Source: Patescibacteria group bacterium (GTDB lineage Bacteria > Patescibacteriota > Patescibacteriia > Patescibacteriales > JBAZCA01). From it: DNA of 64,000 nucleotides. Positions 42,576 to 51,769 of the stretch are shown here, piece after piece (position 1 is the stretch's first letter; each line of letters starts with the position of its first letter). The position numbers were made by a program, and so were the translations under genes. The DNA lies in assembly GCA_041671125.1 (NCBI GenBank), contig JBAZCA010000004.1:23029-87028 (forward strand). The letters run 5' to 3'. Below the pieces are notes generated by a model. It was not told the DNA's origin and made no database searches. It saw only the letters and a program-made list of their open reading frames with translations.

Positions 42576-44495
42576 ATGATTACAAAGTACAAATCCGCCC
42601 CCCGGCCGGGAAATTCCCCGCGTCTGGTGAGGCCGAAAAGAACCGGCTATGCGAAGCCGCCGGTATTAAAAAAGGCGCCTTTTGACGCGAAAGGCGTGGG
42701 CGAGGTTCCGAGTTCTCGGGACGGCGCCGAGACGGAAGGAAATTACTTTCGTCATGGCGCTACGACTTTCGCGGCCCGGCCGGTTGCCGGAGAGGCCGGA
42801 AAACAGTCTGACGCCGGAAAACTAAAAATCATGGTTTTAGGCGGGCTGGAAGAAGTCGGCCGCAACATGACGCTTTTGGAATTTGACAAAGAAATCATAA
42901 TCATTGACATGGGCCTCCAGTTTCCGGAAGAAGACATGCCCGGCATTGATTATATTATTCCCAACATATCCTATCTGGAAAACAAATTGGACTGGATTAA
43001 AGGGGTCGTCATTACCCATGGACACATGGATCATATCGGCGGCATTCCCCATATCATGGGAAAAATCGGTAATCCGCCCATGTTTATGGGCAAGCTTACG
43101 GCCGGGCTGGTAAGGAAGCGGGTGCAGGAATACCGCGACTGTCCCCAATTAAATATCCAGGAAATTGACGAAGATTCGGTTGTGCGGCTCGGAAAAAATT
43201 TTCGGTTGGAATTTTTAAGGGTCAACCATTCAATTCCGGATTCGTTTGCCGTAATCGCCAACACGCCTTTGGGTCGGGTGGTCCACACCGGCGATTTTAA
43301 GATTGATTATTCGCCGGTAAACGACAAGCCGGCTGATTTAAACCGGATCGCGCAAATCGGCGGGGAGGGTATCCTCTTAATGATGTCCGACTCAACCGAT
43401 TCAACTCATCCGGGCTACCAGGTTTCCGAGTCATCCATCGGAGACGAGCTCGGAAAAATTTTTGAGCACTCCGAAGGTCGGATTATTATTGGCACTTTCG
43501 CCTCGCAGATAAGCCGCGTGCAGAAGATTTTTGAAATCTCGGAAAAATACGGTCGCAAAATATTTTTGCAGGGTCGGAGTATGAACAACAATGTTGAAGT
43601 AGCCCACCAAATCGGTTACCTTAAATTTAACCCGCGGATTCTCATAAACAACGAAAACGAATTGCGGAAAGTTCCGGATAATAAGGTGGTTATCATCGGC
43701 ACCGGCGCTCAGGGCGAATCAAACGCGTTTTTGATGCGGGTAGTTAATAAAGAACATAGGTCCATAAGCCTCCAGGCCGGCGACACTGTGATTTTTTCTT
43801 CGTCAGTCATTCCGGGCAACGAACGCACGATCCAGTCTTTAAAAGACATGCTCGTCCGGCAGGGCGCCAAAGTAATCCATTACGAAATGATGGATGTCCA
43901 CGCCGGCGGCCACGCCAAACAGGAAGACTTGAAGTTAATGATGCGGCTTTTTAGGCCGGAGTATTTCATGCCCATTGAGGGCAATCATTACATGCTTCGG
44001 GCTCACGCTGAACTGGCCGAGCAGGTTGGGATTCCCAAGGAAAAAATTTTTGTGGCCGATAATGGCCAGATCGTGGAATTCGTAAAATCGCCGGTAAAAG
44101 GCTCTTTAGGTCGTCTTACCCAGGAAAAAATCAATACCGACCATGTTATGGTTGACGGGCTCGGCGTCGGCGACGTATCCAATATCGTTCTCCGCGACCG
44201 TCGGGTTATGGCCGAGGACGGCATGATCGTTATTATCGCGACCATTGATTCTTCCACCGGCGACATCATCGGCAATCCTGATATAATCTCCCGCGGCTTT
44301 GTTTACATGAAAGAAAACAAGGAGCTCATTGAAAAAACTAGGATGAAGGTAAAGAAAATGGTTAAAACCTTAGACACTTCCACCCCGGCTGATGACGATT
44401 ACATAAAGAACAAAATGCGGAACGAAATCGGCGCTTTCCTTTTTGGTCAAACAAAGAGACGCCCCATGGTTTTGCCGGTGGTGATTAGGGTGTGA
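42576..44495 (+). CDS. rnj: Ribonuclease J (with about 85-aa basic/disordered N-terminal extension; start uncertain)
   Basis: 639 aa. It has the metallo-beta-lactamase motif THGHMDHIGG, a beta-CASP region and a C-terminal domain. The conserved core begins at KLKIMVLGGLEEVGRNM. Confidence 0.88.
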   Translation: MITKYKSAPRPGNSPRLVRPKRTGYAKPPVLKKAPFDAKGVGEVPSSRDGAETEGNYFRHGATTFAARPVAGEAGKQSDAGKLKIMVLGGLEEVGRNMTLLEFDKEIIIIDMGLQFPEEDMPGIDYIIPNISYLENKLDWIKGVVITHGHMDHIGGIPHIMGKIGNPPMFMGKLTAGLVRKRVQEYRDCPQLNIQEIDEDSVVRLGKNFRLEFLRVNHSIPDSFAVIANTPLGRVVHTGDFKIDYSPVNDKPADLNRIAQIGGEGILLMMSDSTDSTHPGYQVSESSIGDELGKIFEHSEGRIIIGTFASQISRVQKIFEISEKYGRKIFLQGRSMNNNVEVAHQIGYLKFNPRILINNENELRKVPDNKVVIIGTGAQGESNAFLMRVVNKEHRSISLQAGDTVIFSSSVIPGNERTIQSLKDMLVRQGAKVIHYEMMDVHAGGHAKQEDLKLMMRLFRPEYFMPIEGNHYMLRAHAELAEQVGIPKEKIFVADNGQIVEFVKSPVKGSLGRLTQEKINTDHVMVDGLGVGDVSNIVLRDRRVMAEDGMIVIIATIDSSTGDIIGNPDIISRGFVYMKENKELIEKTRMKVKKMVKTLDTSTPADDDYIKNKMRNEIGAFLFGQTKRRPMVLPVVIRV

Positions 44496-44504
44496 GGGTA
44501 CGGG

Positions 44505-44532
44505 GTAGAGACGCATTGCAATGCGTCTCTAC
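44505..44532. repeat. GTAGAGACGCATTGCAATGCGTCTCTAC perfect palindrome
   Basis: A 28-nt palindrome. A related copy, gtagagacgccccggcggggtgtctctac, lies at 44613-44641. Confidence 0.85.
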
Positions 44533-44552
44533 GTTACGGTTGAAAATAAATT

Positions 44553-44585
44553 AAAAAACTGTTCCCTGAAAGGGAACAGTTTTAT
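44553..44585. terminator. Bidirectional terminator between rnj and the convergent 70-aa gene
   Basis: A 10-bp stem, actgttccct-gaa-agggaacagt, is flanked by an A run upstream and a T run downstream. Confidence 0.75.
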
Positions 44586-44612
44586 TATGTGCCAAATTTT
44601 GATAATTTTTTT

Positions 44613-44641
44613 GTAGAGACGCCCCGGCGGGGTGTCTCTAC
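44613..44641. repeat. GTAGAGAC...GTCTCTAC hairpin, second copy
   Basis: gtagagacgcc-ccggcgg-ggtgtctctac. It abuts the stop codon of the 44642-44854 gene. Confidence 0.8.
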
Positions 44642-44854
44642 CTATTTTACTAGTAAATCCTCAGCGTCGGTCCAGCGTTCTAAGAGTTCGTCCTCCATCT
44701 GTTCGTAATCGTCATCATCGGTGATTTTTCCTTTTTCCTGAAAATAGCTGATGGTTTCGCTTATAAATTCCCGAAAAGCGTCGCGATCATAGGCGCCCTG
44801 TTCGCGCATTTTTTTTAAAACCAGTTCAAATATTTCCTGTTGTATATTGTCCAT
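44642..44854 (-). CDS. Hypothetical acidic 70-aa protein
   Basis: ORF only. It appears helical and is D/E-rich. I recognise no family. Confidence 0.4.
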   Translation of the reverse strand: MDNIQQEIFELVLKKMREQGAYDRDAFREFISETISYFQEKGKITDDDDYEQMEDELLERWTDAEDLLVK

Positions 44855-44929
44855 AGAGTTTTATTACTTTTTTCACTTAGATTATAGCAGATAAATATTA
44901 AATGTAAATAGGATTTACGCGCCTGCCGG

Positions 44930-46024
44930 TTAAAGACGGAGACCGGGGTCGGCTATTACTTTTTCCGGTTTGCTAAACCCGCGGCCTTTGGACTGAAAAT
45001 ATCCGGCCGCGGCGATCATGGCGGCGTTGTCGGTTGAATAAATTGAATTTGGAATTTGGAATTTGGAATTTGGAATTTTATTCTTTATAGCTTCGTCCAT
45101 CTTTTGCCGCAGTTCTTTATTAGCGGAAACGCCGCCGGAGAGCATGATAGTCTTTACCTTATATTCATCGGCGGCTTTAAGGGTTTTAGCGATAAGGACA
45201 TCTATTATTGCCTGCTGGAACTCAGCCGCGTATTCAGGGATATGTTTTTTCCAGTTTTGGTCTTTTTGTACTTTGTACAATAGCGCGGTTTTCAGGCCGG
45301 AAAAAGAAAATTCATAATTGCCGCTGTTAATCATTGGCCGGGGGAGAGTGATTTGTGATTGGTGATTTGAAAATTTAGCGGCCTCAGCCGCGATAGCCGG
45401 TCCGCCCGGATAACCAAGCCCTAAAATTCTTGCGGCTTTGTCAAAAGCTTCGCCGGCCGCGTCATCCCGGGTCTCTCCGATTGTTTTGTATTTCCCATAG
45501 TCCGTCATGAGCACGAGCATGGTATGGCCGCCCGAGACCGTCAAAACCAGGGCGGGAAATTGAAGGCTGGTTTTTGTTTGTTTGGCTAGAGAATTGCCAG
45601 CCGCGCCAGCCGGTTCCAGCCAATTCGCGTAAATATGGCCTTCAATGTGGTTGACCGCGATAAGGGGCAGTTGCCAGGCGAAAGCCAGGGCTTTCGCGGT
45701 TTCTACGCCGACCATCAGCGAAGTCGCGAGCCCGGGTCCGGCGGTTACGGCAATGGCGTCTAACCCCGCCCCAGCCCTCCCCGATTCCTTTCGTCGCGGG
45801 GAGGGTAATATTATTCCGGATTTTTTTAGCGTCTCATCAATCACCGGAATGATCATTAAGATGTGTTTGCGCGCCGCCACTTCCGGGATGACACCGCCGT
45901 AGCCTTTGAATGTTTCTATCTGTGAAGAAACGACACTGGAAAGGACTCTGATTCTCGTGCCTTTTGCTTCTATTATTGCCGCCGCGGTTTCGTCGCAACT
46001 TGATTCAATGCCGAGTATAATCAT
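44930..46024 (-). CDS. tsaD: tRNA N6-adenosine threonylcarbamoyltransferase TsaD
   Basis: It starts MIILGIESSCDETAAAI and contains VNHIEGH, SGGHT, AAGEAFDKAARILGLGYPGGP, SFSGLKT and STDNAAMIA. I prefer the ATG at 46024 over the TTG at 46057. Confidence 0.92.
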   Translation of the reverse strand: MIILGIESSCDETAAAIIEAKGTRIRVLSSVVSSQIETFKGYGGVIPEVAARKHILMIIPVIDETLKKSGIILPSPRRKESGRAGAGLDAIAVTAGPGLATSLMVGVETAKALAFAWQLPLIAVNHIEGHIYANWLEPAGAAGNSLAKQTKTSLQFPALVLTVSGGHTMLVLMTDYGKYKTIGETRDDAAGEAFDKAARILGLGYPGGPAIAAEAAKFSNHQSQITLPRPMINSGNYEFSFSGLKTALLYKVQKDQNWKKHIPEYAAEFQQAIIDVLIAKTLKAADEYKVKTIMLSGGVSANKELRQKMDEAIKNKIPNSKFQIPNSIYSTDNAAMIAAAGYFQSKGRGFSKPEKVIADPGLRL

Positions 46025-46240
46025 ATTGGAAAATAAAAATGTAAAAACTAATCCCAAGTACTCGGGAATAATGACAATGCCGAATAATTTTAAATTTTAA
46101 TTTTTAAGTTTTAAATGAATTTTAATTGACTAAATTTTAAATTAGCAAGGACTCGTAATTTACCATTTTAAATTTAAAATTGATTTAAAATTGAAAATTT
46201 ATAACTTAAAATTATAATCTGTCATTTTCTATTTTATTTT

Positions 46241-47716
46241 CTAAATTTTTATTAACTTTCTGTATAACTTCAAATACTCTTTCGCCGGTTTTTTCCAGGA
46301 AAAATCTTTTTTCATTCCGGCTATCTGGATTTTTTTCCATTGTTCCGGTTTATTGTGGTATGTTTTTAGAGCCTTGATCAAGACCGTAGCAAAGGCTGAG
46401 GGTAAGTAATCCTTAAATGTGAAGCCGACTTTTGAATTTACTGTGTCTTTTAATCCGCCGGTTTGCCGGACGATTGGGACTGAACCGTAACGCATGGCAA
46501 TCATCTGTGTCAGGCCGCAAGGCTCAAATCTTGACGGGACGAGAAAAATATCCGACCCGGCGTAAATTTGGCGGGCCAGCTGTTCATTAAAGCCGATTAT
46601 GGTTTTTATAAAGGAGGGATATTTTTTAGCGAGTTTTTCAAGCTGGTTTTCGTATTTTTTTTCTCCAGACCCAAGAAATACGAAACTGCACGGAAGATTC
46701 TTCTCGGTGAGTTTTACTAGGAGCTCTTTATTAAATAAATCAATGCCTTTTTGCCAGACCAGCCGGGTTACGAGGCCAATAAGGCAGGTTTTTCCATCCG
46801 GCTTAAAGCCCAGTTTTTTCTGCAATGCCAGTTTGTTTTTAAGCTTATTTTTTAAGGAGCCGGACGTGTAATGAAAATTGATTAACTTATCTCCGGCTGG
46901 GTTAAAATCTTCGGTATCAATTCCGTTCAATATACCATATAGGCTTTTTTTCTTCCGGCTAAGAATATCATCAAGTCCGGCTCCCTGGCAATGGGTAAGG
47001 ATTTCTTTGGCGTAAGACGGGCTTACGGTCGTAACCGCGTCCGAGGCGAGGACGCCCTGGACCATGAAATTCAAGTCCCCGTTTTTCAGGTCGGCTTTTA
47101 CGATCGGGAGATTCGGGTCAATCCGCGAGTAGTCGACGATTTTTGGATCGGCGATTCCCTGGTTGGCGAGATTATGGATGGTGTAAACAACTTTGGCGTC
47201 CCGAAAAAAATTATTATTGCCATTGGAAGTTTTTATCATATCGCCGACTAGCGCCGTGTGCCAGTCATTAGCGTGAATTATGTCCGGCCGGAAATTAATG
47301 GCTTTAGCCGCTTCAAGCGTCGAATTGGAAAAGAAAGAAAAGCGCTTTATATCGTCCATGTGCCGGGTATATTTATTGCTTTTCATTTTTTTTCCGCGGA
47401 GATAAATAGTCTTGGATTTGAAAAAATCGTGCTTTATGAGGTAAACCGGGACCGCGGTTCCCGGGAGGACAGTTTCCCAAAGGCTCACAGAAGTTTTTTT
47501 ATGGTCAACCGGGACGGCGATATTCTCCCTGATTTTTTTCGCGCCGATTTTTTTCGCGTCAATAAACCCGTAATAGGGCAGGCAGACCCTGATATCAACT
47601 CCTAATTTTTCAAGCGCTTTGGGCAGGGCGCCAGCGACGTCCCCCAAACCTCCGGTCTTGGCGAGAGGGGCGACTTCGGCGGAGAGGAATAAGATTTTAA
47701 GGTTTTCTTTTTTCAT
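46241..47716 (-). CDS. glgA: Glycogen/starch synthase (GT5), paralogue 1
   Basis: 491 aa. It contains ILFLSAEVAPLAKTGGLGDVAGALPKAL, PSRFEPCGLTQMIAMRYGSVPIV and TGGLKDTV. Confidence 0.88.
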   Translation of the reverse strand: MKKENLKILFLSAEVAPLAKTGGLGDVAGALPKALEKLGVDIRVCLPYYGFIDAKKIGAKKIRENIAVPVDHKKTSVSLWETVLPGTAVPVYLIKHDFFKSKTIYLRGKKMKSNKYTRHMDDIKRFSFFSNSTLEAAKAINFRPDIIHANDWHTALVGDMIKTSNGNNNFFRDAKVVYTIHNLANQGIADPKIVDYSRIDPNLPIVKADLKNGDLNFMVQGVLASDAVTTVSPSYAKEILTHCQGAGLDDILSRKKKSLYGILNGIDTEDFNPAGDKLINFHYTSGSLKNKLKNKLALQKKLGFKPDGKTCLIGLVTRLVWQKGIDLFNKELLVKLTEKNLPCSFVFLGSGEKKYENQLEKLAKKYPSFIKTIIGFNEQLARQIYAGSDIFLVPSRFEPCGLTQMIAMRYGSVPIVRQTGGLKDTVNSKVGFTFKDYLPSAFATVLIKALKTYHNKPEQWKKIQIAGMKKDFSWKKPAKEYLKLYRKLIKI

Positions 47717-48336
47717 TTTTTAAATATCATTAAGTTTTTAGTTACCCACCAAACCACGCCCGCCGACTTCATTTCATTACGCATTAGTTGAGTGGTCGTT
47801 TTTTTATACTTAAAACCGCGCTTTTTGAATCGTTTTTTCCAATAATGGTGTGGTTGTTCGTTAATATGGCCTATGGAAGCCGGACCTTGGCCTGGAGTGG
47901 CGGCCGTGAAAACAATAGTATCAGATAAACCAGTAAGGCTCTCAATTAGAGATATTTCACAGTTTTTAGGTAGGTGCTCGGCCACTTCAACGCAAAGGCA
48001 AAGGTCAAATTTTCGTTTTAATCTGAGCGGTCGACGGAGATCGTGCAGTTTAATAAGGTTTCCAACCAGGGAATTTTTTATTGCTTCGGGTGCTCCGTCA
48101 AAGCCAAGAATTTCTATTCCTTCTTTTTGAAATTCCTTTAGGTAAATTCCAATGCCGCAACCAATGTCAACAACGGAATATGGCGTTAAATGCCGGATAA
48201 TAATCCGGATAGCGGATTTGGCAGACGGTCCTTCAAGTCTTAACGTATTTTGAAAAAAATGTTTATCATAAATCCGCGACATGGGCCAGCTTTTTCCCGC
48301 CAGTTCAGGTCCTTCAAAAATAAGGTGGTGCGACAT
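47713..48336 (-). CDS. Class I SAM-dependent methyltransferase
   Basis: 207 aa. The SAM motif I is VVDIGCGIGIY, followed by an acidic loop FDG and VEVAEHL. Its stop overlaps the glgA start by 4 nt. Confidence 0.7.
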   Translation of the reverse strand: MSHHLIFEGPELAGKSWPMSRIYDKHFFQNTLRLEGPSAKSAIRIIIRHLTPYSVVDIGCGIGIYLKEFQKEGIEILGFDGAPEAIKNSLVGNLIKLHDLRRPLRLKRKFDLCLCVEVAEHLPKNCEISLIESLTGLSDTIVFTAATPGQGPASIGHINEQPHHYWKKRFKKRGFKYKKTTTQLMRNEMKSAGVVWWVTKNLMIFKK

Positions 48337-48387
48337 TTATTTAAGGAATTAGTATTAGTGTCATTAGATAAAATGTAGCGAATTTGG

Positions 48388-49248
48388 TTAGCCGATAATT
48401 TTTTCAACTCCGTTTAGATAACTAGAATCAATCCGGTAATAATTATGGGAGCATTTTACTCTGGATTTAGTGCGCTCAAATTTATGGAAATCCGATCCTC
48501 CGGTGGAGATGAATTTTAATTCCCGGGCCAGGAATTGGGCGTACATTACCGTTCCGAGGTTATGGTGCGGAGACAGGACTTCCAGGCCCAGAACGCCGAT
48601 TTTTTTAAGTTTCAGGAGAAAATCCAGTTTCAGCTGGTTGTATTTTCCCGGGTGGTTGAGTATCAATTGTCCGCCCAGTTTTTTTTTCAGGTTAACCACC
48701 CTCTTCATATTTAAATAGCTCTCCCGCAGAATGCCGACTTCCGGATTCCGGAAATAGTTTTTTATCACATCGTCTTCCCTGATTATCTTGACTTTAAGCT
48801 CCCTTTTTATTTTTTTTCTGTTGTATGGGTTGTTAAGAACATCGTCAACGAGATGGTTGATGGCGATGTAATGGGCGTACTTATCAACCGTGGCGCTGAC
48901 TTTTATTTTGAATCCGTGTTTTTTCAGGGCGCGAAGCATTCTTCTCGCCATGTTTTTTCTCCTTAGTTGGCTTTCCCTTAAAAGGGAGTGGAGCGCCGGG
49001 TCGTCTTTAAAGTTAAACCAAAGCAAATTAAATTTTCTTCCGCCGAGTTTAACGTAAAGCTCCAGCCCGGGGATGGCCTTAATTTTTTCCTTTCGGCAGG
49101 CGCGGAGAAATTCTTCCTGGCCGGCGACGGTATTGTGGTCGGTCAGGGAAGCGATCGCCACTCCCTGCGATTTTAAGAATCCGGCTAGCTCGGTGGGCGT
49201 AAGGTAGCCGTCGGAATAAGTTGAATGGACTTGGAGGTCAATTAACAT
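48388..49248 (-). CDS. PHP-domain phosphoesterase
   Basis: 286 aa. It starts MLIDLQVHSTYSDGYLTP and contains LTDHNTVAG and GGSDFH. Confidence 0.65.
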   Translation of the reverse strand: MLIDLQVHSTYSDGYLTPTELAGFLKSQGVAIASLTDHNTVAGQEEFLRACRKEKIKAIPGLELYVKLGGRKFNLLWFNFKDDPALHSLLRESQLRRKNMARRMLRALKKHGFKIKVSATVDKYAHYIAINHLVDDVLNNPYNRKKIKRELKVKIIREDDVIKNYFRNPEVGILRESYLNMKRVVNLKKKLGGQLILNHPGKYNQLKLDFLLKLKKIGVLGLEVLSPHHNLGTVMYAQFLARELKFISTGGSDFHKFERTKSRVKCSHNYYRIDSSYLNGVEKIIG

Positions 49249-49257
49249 TTATTTAAG

Positions 49258-49400
49258 CAGAACTTAAGCTTTTGGCGCATTTCTTCGTTGGCGCCTGCGA
49301 TACTCACTCGCCGTACCTTAAGTACGACTCGTTCCGTTTCTCGGCGCCGCCTTCCTGCCTGCCGGCAGGCAGGGAACTGCATCCAAAAGCTTAAGTTCTG
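49258..49400. repeat. Palindromic intergenic element, copy 2 (core 49274-49349) with a nested 20-bp palindrome
   Basis: It has the same core as 16437-16513. The terminal stem is cagaacttaagctttt...aaaagcttaagttctg. An extra cctgcctgccggcaggcagg is inserted. The right arm overlaps the last codons of the kinase gene. Confidence 0.85.
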
Positions 49401-50413
49401 AGGATATTGTCTTTTACTTCTTCCAAAAGCTCCGCCGCCCGTTCGGGATTCGGGTCATGCTTTAAGAGCAGATAAACGGCAGTACGGAGGGCGGTCCAGT
49501 TGTAATAGGTGGCGATTCTTTCGGCGATGGCGTCGCCCATTTTAATTTCCGAATTCTTAAAATACGCTGATAAGAAAATGTTTTTTATTTTTTCGGTAAA
49601 TTCCTTATCGCCAATCCTTCTTCGGCATTTGTATTCCAGCTGTTGGAGGAAGGAGCCGATGTCTCTCGTAAAGTCAGAAAGGCAGATATCAGTAAAGTCT
49701 ATAAAAGCCATTTTTTTATGGCCGATTTTTATGACGTTTTCCGGGTGGGCGTCGCCGTGGATAATCCAGCGCCGTCGGCTCGCGTTAAGGAATTTTTTTT
49801 CCCGGCTGATGACGATATTGAACGCCTCTTCTAAAAGGCTCAAGTATTCCGGATAGCGTTCGCCGATTACTGAAAGGATATGTTTTTTTCCGGGGACCAC
49901 GGTTTCTATCCGGCTGTTGGCTTTATTGAAATTCAAGGCGTTATCGGTCGGGGCTTTATGGAGTTTCGCGAGCCAGAGCGCCGATTTATTGACGATTCTT
50001 TCAATCTCGGGGTAATTTTTTTCGCAGATATAATAGAACAGGTTATGGCCTTTGACCCCGCGATAGAAAACGGCGTTAAAGCGGTTGGAATAGAAAAGCG
50101 GCCGGGGAACGGTAAGATAGCCCTGGGAAAAACCGTTGTTCCAAAGGAACTTCAAAGCCGTATAAACATTTTTTCTCGGCTCCGAATCATGAGCCGAGCA
50201 GAATATCGGAAGCCGCTGAACCCTTTTTTTATCGTCAATAAAAGAAACTTCGTATTCAATTACCACATGGTAAGCCTCTTCCCAGACGTTTTTTTTAATG
50301 GGTGAAATTTTAACTTTTTTTACTTTTTTGAAATTCGGGTAGCGGGGCAGGATTCTTTCTTTAAAAAGATCGGCCGCGAAATTCTCGTCAAAGAGGCTGA
50401 GGATGGAATTCAT
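49391..50413 (-). CDS. Aminoglycoside-phosphotransferase-fold kinase (possibly a sugar kinase such as maltokinase)
   Basis: 340 aa. It has the catalytic loop IHGDAHPENV and the metal-binding motif FIDFTD. The context is alpha-glucan metabolism. The substrate is not determinable from the sequence. Confidence 0.55.
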   Translation of the reverse strand: MNSILSLFDENFAADLFKERILPRYPNFKKVKKVKISPIKKNVWEEAYHVVIEYEVSFIDDKKRVQRLPIFCSAHDSEPRKNVYTALKFLWNNGFSQGYLTVPRPLFYSNRFNAVFYRGVKGHNLFYYICEKNYPEIERIVNKSALWLAKLHKAPTDNALNFNKANSRIETVVPGKKHILSVIGERYPEYLSLLEEAFNIVISREKKFLNASRRRWIIHGDAHPENVIKIGHKKMAFIDFTDICLSDFTRDIGSFLQQLEYKCRRRIGDKEFTEKIKNIFLSAYFKNSEIKMGDAIAERIATYYNWTALRTAVYLLLKHDPNPERAAELLEEVKDNILRT

Positions 50414-50445
50414 ACTGGTTAAGTAGTGGATGATGGTATTAATTA

Positions 50446-51603
50446 TTAATTATATTGTTTCCAGTGCTTTTCCCAGATCATTTTTTTTATGTCCAGGGTT
50501 AGGCGTTCGGCGTTTAATTTTACTTCAAGGCTGGTAAATTTGTTAAGCGACCTGGCTGACCTTATAAGTTCATTCACCCCTTTTTCCGTTTCATCCGGAT
50601 TCCAGGCGATTGGGCCGAAAATATCGCGGAAATCTTTTCCCGAAGCCCACCAGAAGGTACAGCTCGCCAGGCCGCGGAAAAGATGCCAGCGCGACCAGGA
50701 AGATTCGTCTTTATCCTTATGCCTTAAGTAAAGTTCCTGGGCCAGGCGAGCTAATTCCCAGAGTTTGTTATGGATGATATCATCATTATCCCAGAGTGCG
50801 TAAGGCTTTTTTCCGGCAAGCTCCTCCTCAGTTGATTCCCATGAGCTGGACAGGAGATCTGCAGTATCTTTCTCGCCCGCTTGGCTTTGGATGAATTCTG
50901 AAATAGTAAGCGTTTTAACCGAAGGATGGTTTAGAAGTTCTTTAAGCTTGTTTTTTATGTCCTGGTGCCGAAGGCCGTAAAGTTCTGCGTCAGTGGCAGT
51001 GATAATGGTTTTTTTTTCGTTTTTTGTAAGTTGTTCAAGGATAAGGCCTGGTACGAATCCGCTTGAGTATTGGCGGTTTCTAAAAATGACATTAAGGCCG
51101 CTTTTTTTATCTTTATAAACCCGGCCGCAATTAATAGTCCCAAGCTTTCCTTTCGCGCTTATCTCGTCCAGCGCTATCCATTCATAATCCAGGCTTTTAA
51201 CAATTCTCCCTATTTTTGGCGAATAGGCCATCTCCGGGAGGAAAAAACCGGAAAGTTTTAAGCCAGGGCCGAAATATTTTTTAAGTATTTCTCGGTTTTG
51301 GATTATTTGTTCAATAGCGACTTCTTCTTTTACTAAAGGGAGCAGGGCGTGATAGGCGGCGGAACCGGTAAGCTCCAGGCGGCCGCTGTTAACTAACCGG
51401 CTAATTCTTTTAATAAGGGATCCGTACTTTAGTTCGTCAAGCCGCGAAAGAAGACAGCCGGCGATATTGGCGGTAAACTTCGCCTCCGGGCTTTTTTCCA
51501 GCCTTCTTATAATCCTTTCGTAGCTTTTTACCGCGGCTTCAGTAATTTTTTCCGGCTCCATGTTTGCCGGCTGGTAGAAATGAAGAAAATTTATCCAAAG
51601 CAT
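50446..51603 (-). CDS. Glycoside hydrolase family 57-like protein
   Basis: 385 aa. It starts MLWINFLHFYQP and contains TATDAELYGLRHQD, which resembles the GH57 D-x-E-L-F-G-H motif. Confidence 0.6.
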   Translation of the reverse strand: MLWINFLHFYQPANMEPEKITEAAVKSYERIIRRLEKSPEAKFTANIAGCLLSRLDELKYGSLIKRISRLVNSGRLELTGSAAYHALLPLVKEEVAIEQIIQNREILKKYFGPGLKLSGFFLPEMAYSPKIGRIVKSLDYEWIALDEISAKGKLGTINCGRVYKDKKSGLNVIFRNRQYSSGFVPGLILEQLTKNEKKTIITATDAELYGLRHQDIKNKLKELLNHPSVKTLTISEFIQSQAGEKDTADLLSSSWESTEEELAGKKPYALWDNDDIIHNKLWELARLAQELYLRHKDKDESSWSRWHLFRGLASCTFWWASGKDFRDIFGPIAWNPDETEKGVNELIRSARSLNKFTSLEVKLNAERLTLDIKKMIWEKHWKQYN

Positions 51604-51662
51604 TTTTATGGGATTATTGGGATGGTTAAGATTAGGCTGTAGAAGAATGTGACTCCTCTTTT

Positions 51663-51755
51663 GTCATTTCGAGCCCGACGCAAGGAGGGCGAGAAATCTA
51701 ATCTTCGTGAAAAAGCATTTATAGCAATTAGATCCCTCGCTTCGCTCGGGATGAC
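51663..51755. repeat. GTCAT...GATGAC inverted-repeat element (93 nt)
   Basis: gtcatttcgagcccgacgcaaggagggcgagaaatct ... agatccctcgcttcgctcgggatgac. Confidence 0.8.
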
Positions 51756-51769
51756 AAAACATTGCTCTG

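Noticed and set aside
42576-44495. An alternative genetic code (UGA recoding, as in some CPR lineages).
   Set aside because: TGA terminates rnj, purB and other conserved genes at the lengths expected from homologues. No conserved gene in the window is interrupted by in-frame TGA.
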